From NCBI GenBank assembly GCA_017539215.1, contig JAFYHI010000038.1, forward strand, positions 134 to 64,133: a DNA stretch of 64,000 nucleotides, in the 5' to 3' direction. Positions 9,662 through 20,298 of the stretch are shown one piece after another (the first letter of the stretch is position 1; the number at the start of each line of letters is the position of its first letter). The notes beneath the pieces were generated by a model, which saw only the letters and a program-made list of their open reading frames with translations, was not told where the DNA came from and made no database searches. The position numbers and the translations under genes are program-made. The DNA is from Clostridia bacterium. Its GTDB lineage: Bacteria > Bacillota > Clostridia > Christensenellales > CAG-138.

Positions 9662-10790
9662 TGAAATGCGATTTATAGCAACGTGCAAGCTGGGACTTGA
9701 GTCCGTCGTGGCAGGAGAACTCCGCGCTCTCGGCATCGAGGTGGAGTCCGTTTCCGATGCGCGCATAGTGTTTCGCGGCGGGTTCGACGCAATGGCCCGC
9801 GCCTGTCTGTGGCTCAGGACCGCAGAACGCGTGCTTATGATAGTGGGGGAGTTTACCGCTCTCACGTTTGAAGAGCTTTATAACGGTGTGCGTGCCGTAA
9901 GGTGGCGCGATTACATTGCCCGCGACAACTTCATACACGTTAACGGAAAGTCCGCAAAGAGCAGGCTTTTTGCAGTATCGGACTGCCAGCGCATCGCCAA
10001 AAAGGCAATAGTCGATTCCCTTTTCGAGGCGTATCATACTTCTTCCCTTCCGGAGACCGGGAGCGAGATCATTGTGGAGGTCGGCCTGCTGCGCGACGCC
10101 GTCACCGTATGCCTCGACTGCTGCGGCGCGGGGCTTTCCCGCCGCGGTTACAGGACGTGGAACGTGGCCGCTCCCATCGCCGAAACCCTCGGAGCTGCAA
10201 TCGTGATGCTTGCAAAATACCGCGGCGACGTGCCGCTTATGGATCCCATGTGCGGCTCGGGCACTCTTCCTATCGAGGCCGCCATGATAGCTACCCGTAC
10301 CGCACCGGGGCTTAACCGCGGCTTTGCGGCGGAAAGCTGGCGTTTTATGGACGGCGATCCGTTCGGCGCCGCCCGCGAGCAGGCAAGGGACGAACGCATA
10401 GACGCAAAGCTTCAGATACTCGGCTCCGACATCGATCCGCATGCGATAGACATTTGCAGAAAACACGCCAAAAAAGCAGGCGTCGATCCCGCTTTTAAGG
10501 TGTGCCCGCTTTCGGAATTCAAGGCAGAATACGAGGGCGGCATAATCGTCTGCAACCCGCCTTACGGCGAACGCCTGCTTGAAAAGCGCGAGGCCGAGTC
10601 CCTTTATGTGCAGATGCGTAAGGTGTTCGATCCGCTCACCCATTGGGATAAAAACATAATCACCTCGCATCGTGACTTCGAACGGATCTACGGCAAAAAG
10701 GCCGACCGCCGCCGCAAGCTGACAAACGGCGGCATGGTATGCACACTTTACCGGTTCTTCGCCGAAGAAGGCTTTATAAAGCCTCAATGA
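9654..10790 (+). CDS. THUMP-domain class I SAM-dependent RNA methyltransferase (YpsC/RlmL-like)
   Basis: N-terminal FIATCKLGLESVVAGEL (THUMP context), DPMCGSGT and NPPYGERL motifs. ATG at 9666 is an alternative start. Confidence 0.8.
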   Translation: MSNEMRFIATCKLGLESVVAGELRALGIEVESVSDARIVFRGGFDAMARACLWLRTAERVLMIVGEFTALTFEELYNGVRAVRWRDYIARDNFIHVNGKSAKSRLFAVSDCQRIAKKAIVDSLFEAYHTSSLPETGSEIIVEVGLLRDAVTVCLDCCGAGLSRRGYRTWNVAAPIAETLGAAIVMLAKYRGDVPLMDPMCGSGTLPIEAAMIATRTAPGLNRGFAAESWRFMDGDPFGAAREQARDERIDAKLQILGSDIDPHAIDICRKHAKKAGVDPAFKVCPLSEFKAEYEGGIIVCNPPYGERLLEKREAESLYVQMRKVFDPLTHWDKNIITSHRDFERIYGKKADRRRKLTNGGMVCTLYRFFAEEGFIKPQ

Positions 10791-11031
10791 TTGCCTTCAG
10801 CTTCGCTCTTTGGCTCTCGCTCAGCATCGGGCTTATCGCTTCGACTCCGCGCTTTATCGCATCCGGGTCATAGGTGCCGTCGGCCCTGCGCTTTTGAGTG
10901 AGGCCCGCAAGCTCGCGCATCAGCGCGTCTTCGTTCATTCCGGAATACCTGTCGATAAGCTCCTCGGGTGTCGCTCCCGGGGTGCTTTCGTTTTTCTTGG
11001 GTTTGCCTAAACTGTCCAAAAAGCTTCTCAT
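10774..11031 (-). CDS. Small hypothetical protein (85 aa)
   Basis: GGAGG lies 5 nt upstream of the ATG and codon usage resembles the neighbours. No recognisable motif. Confidence 0.55.
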   Translation of the reverse strand: MRSFLDSLGKPKKNESTPGATPEELIDRYSGMNEDALMRELAGLTQKRRADGTYDPDAIKRGVEAISPMLSESQRAKLKAIIEAL

Positions 11032-11114
11032 ACAGACCTCCGTTCCGTTATACTGTATGCGCCCGTCACGGCATTTGTGCGCGGCGCATATAATAAACGG
11101 AAAGGGGGGATCTT

Positions 11115-11474
11115 ATGCAAAGGCCACAGCAGGGAAGGTTTGCAGAAAGCACGAGGGAAACGCCGCTGATGCTGCTTGCACGGCGTATCCGCGAGGAGCA
11201 GGGCGCGGCGTCCGTACGGGATTTTCTTACGGCAATGCTGCCGTTCGCAGCGCCCGGTGAGCTCAGGAACGCCGCGGAAGCGTTCGGCATACCATTTGAG
11301 GGCATTGAGCCGCCGCAAAGAACCCGCGAGCCCAAACCGGAGCCATCTTCACGCAAGCCCGATCCGATGAGTCTTCTTACCCTTTTGATGCAGCTTCGCG
11401 GAGCCGGCCCAGGGGGAGACGGCGATAAAAACATACCGCTGTCGCTTTTGGGCGAGCTTATGCGCACAAAATAG
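11115..11474 (+). CDS. Small hypothetical protein (119 aa)
   Basis: AAGGGGGGA lies upstream of the ATG. P/E/K-rich central linker. No recognisable motif. Confidence 0.5.
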   Translation: MQRPQQGRFAESTRETPLMLLARRIREEQGAASVRDFLTAMLPFAAPGELRNAAEAFGIPFEGIEPPQRTREPKPEPSSRKPDPMSLLTLLMQLRGAGPGGDGDKNIPLSLLGELMRTK

Positions 11475-11536
11475 GTTATGGACAAACGCCCCGAAATATG
11501 GTAGATTATTGCCAGTACAAAAAGGGTGGTCAGTTT

Positions 11537-13449
<1,913 letters not shown>

Positions 13450-13463
13450 CCCGACGCTTCCGC

Positions 13464-14261
13464 CTATGCCCGCCGCTTAAGCCTGTCTCCCGCCGAAAAC
13501 GCTCCGCCTATCCCAAACGCAAGCAATGCGAATATGCGGTAGGTCAGTTGGTAACGCACGGCAAATGACAGCGCATAAAGCGCCGCTCCCAACAGTATAA
13601 ACTTAAAGGCCCGTTCGTGCAGCAGTTGAGGAAGACCGCGCAGGCGCGGCCTTTTCTGTTTTTGAAACAGCGCCAATGCGGCGCGGTCCGTTTCTTCTTC
13701 GGTGACGCGGGCGAATTCTTCGGGACCGACATCCAACGCTTCAAACGGCTTTGCGGGAGGTCTTATCCCCAGCAGCTTTATAAGCTCCAGCGCCCTTCCC
13801 GTGGGCTGCGCAAACGTGACTATCCGGGCTTCCGTTCCGAATTTTCGGTATGCTTCAAGCACGTCGTCGCTCGTCAGCTCCTCGGTCTTCGGCACGAAAC
13901 AGGCTCCGCTTACCCGCTCAAGCGCTTTTTCAAGTCTTCCCGGGTCCTGACAAAGCTTTGCCCTCAACAGTTTTTCCTTAAGCTCCCGCCTAATTGCTGC
14001 GGCACGCTTTATGCGCGCTTCACGCGTGACTGCGGCGGCTGTCAAAGCGGCAAGAACAAGGCATACCGCCGTCACAAATAACGCAGCGGCTCTGTTCATA
14101 AAGCGCGGACGTACGGCAAGGTACAGCGCACCTCCTGCAATAAGCGCCATAGCGATCGCATCCATTGCAGATGCAAACCTTGTCCTGCCTCCGCGTGCGC
14201 GTTCTTCAATAAGCCGCTCTGCTTTTTCGTGCAGTTTCATTGCATTGTTTTCCCTGTCCAT
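13464..14261 (-). CDS. Membrane protein of unknown function (2+2 TM helices around a soluble central domain)
   Basis: Hydrophobic segments at both ends with a charged central region of about 110 aa. The start could instead be the ATG at 14240. Confidence 0.55.
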   Translation of the reverse strand: MDRENNAMKLHEKAERLIEERARGGRTRFASAMDAIAMALIAGGALYLAVRPRFMNRAAALFVTAVCLVLAALTAAAVTREARIKRAAAIRRELKEKLLRAKLCQDPGRLEKALERVSGACFVPKTEELTSDDVLEAYRKFGTEARIVTFAQPTGRALELIKLLGIRPPAKPFEALDVGPEEFARVTEEETDRAALALFQKQKRPRLRGLPQLLHERAFKFILLGAALYALSFAVRYQLTYRIFALLAFGIGGAFSAGDRLKRRA

Positions 14262-14328
14262 GACTTTTTTCTGCCCTAAATTCGCGTTTGCTATTCACAA
14301 AGCGGGGTTTTTAATGTATAATAAAGCT

Positions 14329-15522
14329 ATGAAGATAGGCATTTTCGGCGGCAGCTTTGACCCGGTGCATCTGGGGCATATCGCGGCGGCGCGTTCCGTC
14401 AAACAGGAGCTTGGCTTGGACAAGCTCTTTATGGTCGTTGCCGCAGACGCTCCGCATAAGCACGGGGCCAATCTGCCGGGCAATATCCGGCTGCGTATGC
14501 TTGAAACCGCGCTTGAGGGCGAGGACGGTATTATCGCCTCCGATGCGGAGCTGAAACGCGGAGGCAAAAGCTATACGCTCGATACCGTTTCGGCTTTTGC
14601 AAAGCAGTACCGCGGGGCGGAGCTGTACTTTATCGTCGGCGGAGATATGCTTGAAAGCTTTCCTTCATGGCGTGAACCGAAAGGCATACTCGAAAAGGCG
14701 GTTCTTACCGCCGTGTCGCGTCCCGACACAGTGCGCGATATGCGCGCCATAGCCGATTCGATAATGGCCCAATTCGGCGGCAGGGTTTCGGTTTCGGGCT
14801 TTACCGGCCCGGACATCTCCTCAACGGAGGTACGCCGGCGTATGTTCGAGGCCGAGCCCGTTCGCGGTATGGTGCCGCTGTCGTGTGAGTTTTATATGTA
14901 CCGGAACGCCCTGTACATGCCCGAAAAGCTCAGGCGCATACGCCTGAAGCTAAGGCAGAGGCTTAAACGCAAGCGCCTCGATCATACTATGATGACCGTG
15001 CTTGAAGCGGTGCGGCTGGCGGCGGCATACGGTGTGGATGCGCAAAAGGCCAGGCTTGCGGCGCTGCTTCACGACTGCATCAAGCTGCCCAATAAGGAGA
15101 TAATAGATTTCTGCGACGAAAAGGGCATCGAATTAACCGACGAAGAACGCGAGAGCCCGTATCTTATCCACTCCAGGGTCGGCTCCCTGCTTGCAAAGGA
15201 CGAATTCGGGGTCACGGATGAGGAGGTGCTTTCCGCGATACGCCTTCACACGCTTGGCTGCGTCGGCATGACTCCGCTCGATATGGTCGTGTACGTCGCC
15301 GATAAGATAGAGCCTTCCCGTGAGTATGACGGGCTTGACGAAATACGCTCCGCCGCTTACCGCGACCTTGCGGAAGCCATGCTCATGGTGATGCGGCATT
15401 CGGCAGAATACACTCTCAAAAGCGGGCGATGCCTCAATCCCGCGACCGGCGAGGTTATGCGCTGGCTTGAGGGAGAGATAGGCTCCCCGCGCTTCGCAGC
15501 CATTAATGCAAACCAACCTTAA
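14329..15522 (+). CDS. nadD: Fusion protein: nicotinate-nucleotide adenylyltransferase (NadD) plus YqeK-type HD-domain hydrolase
   Basis: The N-terminal half has GIFGGSFDPVHLGH (NadD). The C-terminal half has LLHDCIK...HSRVG...IRLHTLG (YqeK HD domain). Single uninterrupted frame, with an in-frame ATG at the domain junction (14917). Confidence 0.85.
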   Translation: MKIGIFGGSFDPVHLGHIAAARSVKQELGLDKLFMVVAADAPHKHGANLPGNIRLRMLETALEGEDGIIASDAELKRGGKSYTLDTVSAFAKQYRGAELYFIVGGDMLESFPSWREPKGILEKAVLTAVSRPDTVRDMRAIADSIMAQFGGRVSVSGFTGPDISSTEVRRRMFEAEPVRGMVPLSCEFYMYRNALYMPEKLRRIRLKLRQRLKRKRLDHTMMTVLEAVRLAAAYGVDAQKARLAALLHDCIKLPNKEIIDFCDEKGIELTDEERESPYLIHSRVGSLLAKDEFGVTDEEVLSAIRLHTLGCVGMTPLDMVVYVADKIEPSREYDGLDEIRSAAYRDLAEAMLMVMRHSAEYTLKSGRCLNPATGEVMRWLEGEIGSPRFAAINANQP

Positions 15523-15536
15523 GAAAGGATAAACAA

Positions 15537-15935
15537 ATGGAAACCGAAATCTTCCCCAACGAGATCGAGCTTCGCATCAAGGCAGAGGAGAGGGCCAACG
15601 TATTAAGGCTCCTGCGTATGCTTGATGACAAAAAGGCAAGCGATATTATCGCGATCGACGTTGCCGACAAGACCATCGTTGCCGATTGGTTCGTCATCTG
15701 CAGCGGAGCATCCGTATTGCAAGTCAAGGCCATATGTGACGAGGTCCTTGACAGGTACGAGGAGATCGGCCTGACCCTCCGCCGCAAGGAGGGCTATACC
15801 GAGGGCCGCTGGATAGTGCTCGACTTCGGCTATGTGCTGCTGCACATATTCTATCCTGAGGAGAGAGAGTACTACAATATTGAAAGACTTTGGACCGACG
15901 GCGCCGCCGAGGTAATAAAATACCCGCTCGACTGA
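15537..15935 (+). CDS. rsfS: Ribosome silencing factor RsfS
   Basis: 132 aa with DWFVICSG...RWIVLDFGYVLLHIF, typical of the RsfS/Iojap family. Its position after nadD/yqeK is conserved. Confidence 0.88.
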   Translation: METEIFPNEIELRIKAEERANVLRLLRMLDDKKASDIIAIDVADKTIVADWFVICSGASVLQVKAICDEVLDRYEEIGLTLRRKEGYTEGRWIVLDFGYVLLHIFYPEEREYYNIERLWTDGAAEVIKYPLD

Positions 15936-15936
15936 G

Positions 15937-17520
15937 ATGGCATACAGTGCGTTATACCGCAAATTCCGCCCGGAGCGTTTCGGGCAGATAATAGGCCAGC
16001 CCCATATCACGTCCATACTCCTTAACCAGATAAGGAGCGGGCGTGTTGCGCATGCCTATCTGTTCTCGGGCAGCCGCGGCACGGGCAAGACCAGCACCGC
16101 AAGGATACTGGCAAAGGCCATCAACTGCCTTGATCCTCAGGACGGAGAGCCCTGCGGCAGGTGCGCCGCGTGCCTGTCAAAGGAGAGCGTCGATATAATC
16201 GAGATGGACGCCGCTTCAAATTCACGCGTGGAGGAGATGCGCGCGCTGATCGAGCGGGCGGAGTTCGCTCCGCTTGAGCTTAAGACCAAGGTCTACATAA
16301 TCGACGAGGCGCACATGCTCACAAAAAATGCCTCCAACGCGCTTTTGAAAACGCTGGAGGAGCCTCCCGCGCACGTCGTGTTCATACTTGCAACCACAGA
16401 ACCTCAGATGCTCCCCGCAACGATAGTCTCACGCTGCCAAAGGTTTGAGTTTCACCGCCTGCGCGTGGCCGATATGGTAGAGTCGCTGAAGACGTCGCTT
16501 TCCGCCATCGGTGCGCATATCGATGACGGCGGGCTTATCGCCATTGCCCGGGCCGCAGAGGGAGGCATGCGCGACTGCCTCAGCATTGCCGACCAATGCC
16601 TGTCGTTCTGCGGAGGCGCAGTCAGCGAGAACGACGTTATGAACGTGCTCGGCAGCGTCAACTTCGGGTTTTTGTCGCGTCTTGCCGACGCCGTTATCGA
16701 CTCCGACGAGGGCGAGGTCATGCGTCTTGTGGCGCAGGTCGTTTCATCCGGGCGCGACCTCGGCGTGTTTGCGCAGGACGCCGCCGCGCATTTCAGGGCG
16801 CTGCTTCTGACAAAGATATGCGGCAATTGCCGCGACCTTCTTGACTGCACCGAGGAAATGATGGCGGATTACTCCGCTCAGGCGCAGCGCATCCCCAAGG
16901 AACGGGCCGAAAGGGCGGTGGAAGAGCTCGTTCGTTTGCAGCTTGACTTAAAGCTCGTTTCGACTCCCCGCACACTCGTTGAAAGCACGCTGCTGCGCAT
17001 TTGCCATCCCGAAGGCGCAGGAAGCCTTGCGGAAATATCCGACCGAATTAACGTGCTGGAACACGATATGTCCGCAGTGGCCGAAAAGGCCGTAAAGGCT
17101 GCAAGGGAGCAGGCCGCGTCAATGCCCGCTCGCCGTGCGGACGAAAACGGAGGCGATGCGTCAGACGGCGTTGACGGGGCCGGGGAAGAGGCCGTTGTTG
17201 AGATACCGGAGTCCACGCCGGACGCAGACGAGCTGTTTGAAAAGCTCCTTGCGGCCGTCGAGCTGATGGATCCCGCGCTGCCCACCATGCTGAAGTTTTC
17301 TTCCGGCCATTGGCTTGAAGATAAGGTGCTGCATATAACCTTTGCAAAAGACAGCTCGTTTCAATGCCGGTATGTGCAGGAGCCGCTGTCGAAAGAAACC
17401 ATAAAAAACGCCGCCCGCGAATCCATCGCGCCGTACACCGCCGTTGCGGAGGTCGTCGCCGGCGCAGTCAGAAAAAAGCGGGTCACCGAGCTTCTCGGCG
17501 TACCCATCAGAGATAAATGA
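15937..17520 (+). CDS. dnaX: DNA polymerase III subunit gamma/tau
   Basis: YRKFRP...HAYLFSGSRGTGKTS Walker A, zinc module CGRCAAC, IIDEAHML, and SRCQRF sensor motif. Confidence 0.93.
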   Translation: MAYSALYRKFRPERFGQIIGQPHITSILLNQIRSGRVAHAYLFSGSRGTGKTSTARILAKAINCLDPQDGEPCGRCAACLSKESVDIIEMDAASNSRVEEMRALIERAEFAPLELKTKVYIIDEAHMLTKNASNALLKTLEEPPAHVVFILATTEPQMLPATIVSRCQRFEFHRLRVADMVESLKTSLSAIGAHIDDGGLIAIARAAEGGMRDCLSIADQCLSFCGGAVSENDVMNVLGSVNFGFLSRLADAVIDSDEGEVMRLVAQVVSSGRDLGVFAQDAAAHFRALLLTKICGNCRDLLDCTEEMMADYSAQAQRIPKERAERAVEELVRLQLDLKLVSTPRTLVESTLLRICHPEGAGSLAEISDRINVLEHDMSAVAEKAVKAAREQAASMPARRADENGGDASDGVDGAGEEAVVEIPESTPDADELFEKLLAAVELMDPALPTMLKFSSGHWLEDKVLHITFAKDSSFQCRYVQEPLSKETIKNAARESIAPYTAVAEVVAGAVRKKRVTELLGVPIRDK

Positions 17521-17537
17521 AGGAAAGGAACCAGACT

Positions 17538-18794
17538 ATGCAAAACATACGAGCCCCCAAGGGCACCAAGGACGTGCTTCCGTCCGAAAGCCACAAGTGG
17601 CACTATATCGAATCCGTCATGCGAGAGACCTGCGCGCTTTACGGCGCGCGTGAGCTGCGCACGCCGATAATCGAGCATACCGAGCTTTTCCTTCGCGGCG
17701 TCGGCGACACCACCGACATTGTACAGAAGGAGATGTATACGTTCGAGGACAAGGGCGGCAGGTCCATCACCTTAAAGCCCGAGGGCACCGCCGGTATGGC
17801 AAGGGCCTTCCTTGAAAACAACCTTTACAGCGACACTCAGCCCACCAAGCTGTATTATCTGAACTCGCCCACCTTCCGCTATGAAAAGCCGCAGGCCGGC
17901 AGGCTGCGCGAGCATCACCAGTTCGGTATAGAGACCGTTGGCGCCTACGGTCCCGAAACGGACGCCGAGGTCATTACCCTTGCGCTCAGCATATTCGAAA
18001 GGCTCGGTGTAAAAGACCTTCTTCTTCATATCAACTCCATAGGCTGCCCCAAGTGCCGCAGGGAGTATAACGCCGCCCTGCGCGAGTACCTTAAAGGTTA
18101 TCTCCCGCAGATGTGTGAAACCTGCCAGGGCCGCTTTGAGAAGAATCCCATGAGGATAATCGACTGCAAGGAGCCGGGATGCAGGCAGATCGTAAAGGGA
18201 GCGCCCCGCACGATAGATTATCTCTGCGACGACTGCCGCGCGCATTTCGAGGGCGTAAAAGCCTATCTGGACGCCGCGGGAGCCGAGTACGTTATCGACC
18301 CCGACATCGTTCGCGGGCTCGACTACTATACCGGCACCGTGTTCGAGGTAATATCAAACCGCATCGGCGCGCAGGGCGCCGTATGTGCGGGCGGACGATA
18401 TAACGGGCTTATCGAAGAGCTCGGCGGTCAGTCCATACCCGCCGTGGGCTTTGGCATGGGAATGGAGCGTCTGCTTGCCGTGATGGAAGTAAACGAGGTC
18501 AAGTTCCCCGTGCCCGAAGGTCCCACGGTGTACTTTGCCGCGATGGGCGACAGGCCTCGTGTCAAGGCATTCGAGCTTACTAAAAAGCTGCGCGACCGCG
18601 GCGTCTCCGCCGAATTCGACCATATGGACAGGAGCTTCAAAGCTCAGTTCAAGTATGCCAACAAGATAGGCGCCAAGTACACCGTGGCCCTTGGCGACGA
18701 AGAGCTTGACCGCGGCATGGTAAAGGCCAAGTGCATGGCAGACGGCTCCGAAAAGGAGCTTCCGATAGAGGCTCTCACGGAGTATTTCATCTGA
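17538..18794 (+). CDS. hisS: Histidine--tRNA ligase
   Basis: N-terminal APKGTKDVLP and class II motifs (FRYEKPQAGRLREHHQFG, GGGRYNGL). ATG 17538 was chosen over ATG 17517. Confidence 0.92.
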   Translation: MQNIRAPKGTKDVLPSESHKWHYIESVMRETCALYGARELRTPIIEHTELFLRGVGDTTDIVQKEMYTFEDKGGRSITLKPEGTAGMARAFLENNLYSDTQPTKLYYLNSPTFRYEKPQAGRLREHHQFGIETVGAYGPETDAEVITLALSIFERLGVKDLLLHINSIGCPKCRREYNAALREYLKGYLPQMCETCQGRFEKNPMRIIDCKEPGCRQIVKGAPRTIDYLCDDCRAHFEGVKAYLDAAGAEYVIDPDIVRGLDYYTGTVFEVISNRIGAQGAVCAGGRYNGLIEELGGQSIPAVGFGMGMERLLAVMEVNEVKFPVPEGPTVYFAAMGDRPRVKAFELTKKLRDRGVSAEFDHMDRSFKAQFKYANKIGAKYTVALGDEELDRGMVKAKCMADGSEKELPIEALTEYFI

Positions 18795-18803
18795 ATCGAG
18801 CAA

Positions 18804-18835
18804 TAAAAAAAGGCTGCTTGCGCAGCCTTTTTTTG
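18804..18835. terminator. Bidirectional intrinsic terminator (hisS / BlaI-family gene)
   Basis: AAAAAAA-AGGCTGC-TTGC-GCAGCCT-TTTTTTT. Confidence 0.8.
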
Positions 18836-18839
18836 AGTC

Positions 18840-19214
18840 TTACTTTTTAACTTCCTTAAGCCAGGCTTCGATGTCGGCCAGGTCCTTATCCTTGATGTTG
18901 CCGTTGGCATAGAAAGCCTTGAGCAGATCGCAGATGGAGGCGCCGGGCTCACCGTTGAACAGGTGGCCCTTGGTCAGAGCGAGGTACTCGGCGCGGGTTA
19001 CGCAGGGTACATACTCGAAGCTGCGAACGCGCTTACCGACCATCTCGATGAAGCCCTTCATATGAAGGCGGTTCACGAAGGTCTGAACGGTCTGGTACGT
19101 CCACTTGGCTTCGCCGATGGCATGCCATACGTCCTTGATGGTAGTGGGCTTGCCCGCTTCCCAGATCTTGATCATGACTTCCAACTCGGCAGCAGATACG
19201 TCTTTAATGATCAT
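18840..19214 (-). CDS. BlaI/MecI/CopY family transcriptional repressor
   Basis: 124 aa. Winged-helix pattern SAAELEVMIKIW...TTIKDV...WTYQTVQTFVNRLHMKGF...R..FEYVP, typical of the family. Confidence 0.8.
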   Translation of the reverse strand: MIIKDVSAAELEVMIKIWEAGKPTTIKDVWHAIGEAKWTYQTVQTFVNRLHMKGFIEMVGKRVRSFEYVPCVTRAEYLALTKGHLFNGEPGASICDLLKAFYANGNIKDKDLADIEAWLKEVKK

Positions 19215-19245
19215 TGTTTTAAACCCCTTTCCTTTGGTTTACTAA

Positions 19246-19273
19246 ATTATAATACACATCTTTCGAATGTCAA
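19246..19273 (-). promoter_or_regulatory. Promoter candidate for the BlaI-family gene (TTGACA-16-TATAAT) with an ACAT-N7-ATGT dyad in the spacer
   Basis: On the minus strand: TTGACA (fwd 19268-19273), TATAAT (fwd 19246-19251). The dyad lies at fwd 19256-19270. Confidence 0.5.
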
Positions 19274-19312
19274 CCCCTTTATATGAAGAATTTGATAAAT
19301 TTATTCGAATTT

Positions 19313-20173
19313 TTATGAACATGCCGCATCTTTCAACAAATCAATGTACAAAATCGCACATTTTATGGCTGTGCGTTTGATAGATGAAGCTGCTTTTGTT
19401 CGCTCCTCATATTCCATTGTTTCGGATAAGGCGCTGTCATAACCTTTTAGACAATCCTTTGCACAGCCCAGCACTCCTCCTGCGCCGGGCGCTTCCGCCA
19501 GCGCGCTGCGTATTCGTGCGCGTTGTTCGCTCAGTATTGCAAAGAGCTTATCGGCTTCCTGCCCGGATCTGTCGAATTCTATTGCCTCCGTACAAATTGT
19601 TTCGGGTATCTGCGAGCAGAGACCGAATAGTTGTTTTATGCACTCGGACGTCTCAGACGAGCTTGTCACGTCAAGGCTCACCCCGTTTGCGGAGAGCGTA
19701 AACAGCAGGCTCTCGCGCCCCTGCTCCTTCAGTTGCTCTATCACGGACCTTGCCGAGGCTTCATCGGCGTAAACCGACGCCAATAGTCTGAGCGATCCGT
19801 TGTCGTCGTAAACATAGCCCGCCGCACCCAGCGCACGCACCTCTTCCGCGTCAAGCTCGCATTTTTCCCGGCTTGTATAAAAACCGAGCTGTACAGCGTA
19901 GAACCCGAGCGACGGAAGATCTATGCGGTTCGTTACCCCCGTGGGCACGGGAGCGGGGGAGGGCGAAGCAGCATAAAAAGTCGCTCCCGGCGTTTCGCGT
20001 GAGCTTTCGGCGCATCCCGAAACGACCGACTTGCCCAGCCTATTCTTTAGCTCCGCTATCGCACCGCTTCCGGCGATTATCTTTGCCGTCAATGCAAAAA
20101 CGATCAGCAGAACCAATATGCCGAACATGCCGGGGCCGTCTGTTTTTCGCTTTCTTCTTCGTCTGTATTCCAT
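19313..20173 (-). CDS. SPOR-domain membrane protein
   Basis: Basic N-terminus followed by one TM helix. SPOR-like segment FYAVQLGFYTSREKCELDAEEVRALGAAGYVY...LLASVYADEASARSVIEQL. The C-terminal helical domain is unassigned. Confidence 0.65.
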   Translation of the reverse strand: MEYRRRRKRKTDGPGMFGILVLLIVFALTAKIIAGSGAIAELKNRLGKSVVSGCAESSRETPGATFYAASPSPAPVPTGVTNRIDLPSLGFYAVQLGFYTSREKCELDAEEVRALGAAGYVYDDNGSLRLLASVYADEASARSVIEQLKEQGRESLLFTLSANGVSLDVTSSSETSECIKQLFGLCSQIPETICTEAIEFDRSGQEADKLFAILSEQRARIRSALAEAPGAGGVLGCAKDCLKGYDSALSETMEYEERTKAASSIKRTAIKCAILYIDLLKDAACS

Positions 20174-20298
20174 GCTTCCTCCTTCCGGTGTCTTTGATAA
20201 TTATGCCGTGGGCCCGTGCTGTATTCCCCAAACCCATGCCGTGCCTCGGCCGGTGCAAAATATACCCCCGTTTTGAGTCAAGCTGCGTCCTGCGCTTC

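Noticed and set aside
9582-10787. 401-aa ORF antisense to the THUMP methyltransferase gene
   Set aside because: The reasoning is the same. The sense strand carries the NPPY and SAM motifs, and the antisense product has no recognisable features.
14011-14328. 106-codon N-terminal extension of the nadD ORF in the six-frame track
   Set aside because: The extension is antisense to the 13464-14261 membrane-protein gene and is Ala/Arg/Ser-rich. The canonical NadD N-terminus (MKIGIFGGSFDP) starts at 14329.
17472-17478. A AAA AAG heptamer in the dnaX zero frame (the E. coli dnaX -1 frameshift motif)
   Set aside because: It lies only about 14 codons before the normal stop. The -1 frame terminates at roughly the same place, so it cannot generate a shortened gamma subunit. 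It is probably coincidental (codons for R-K-K).
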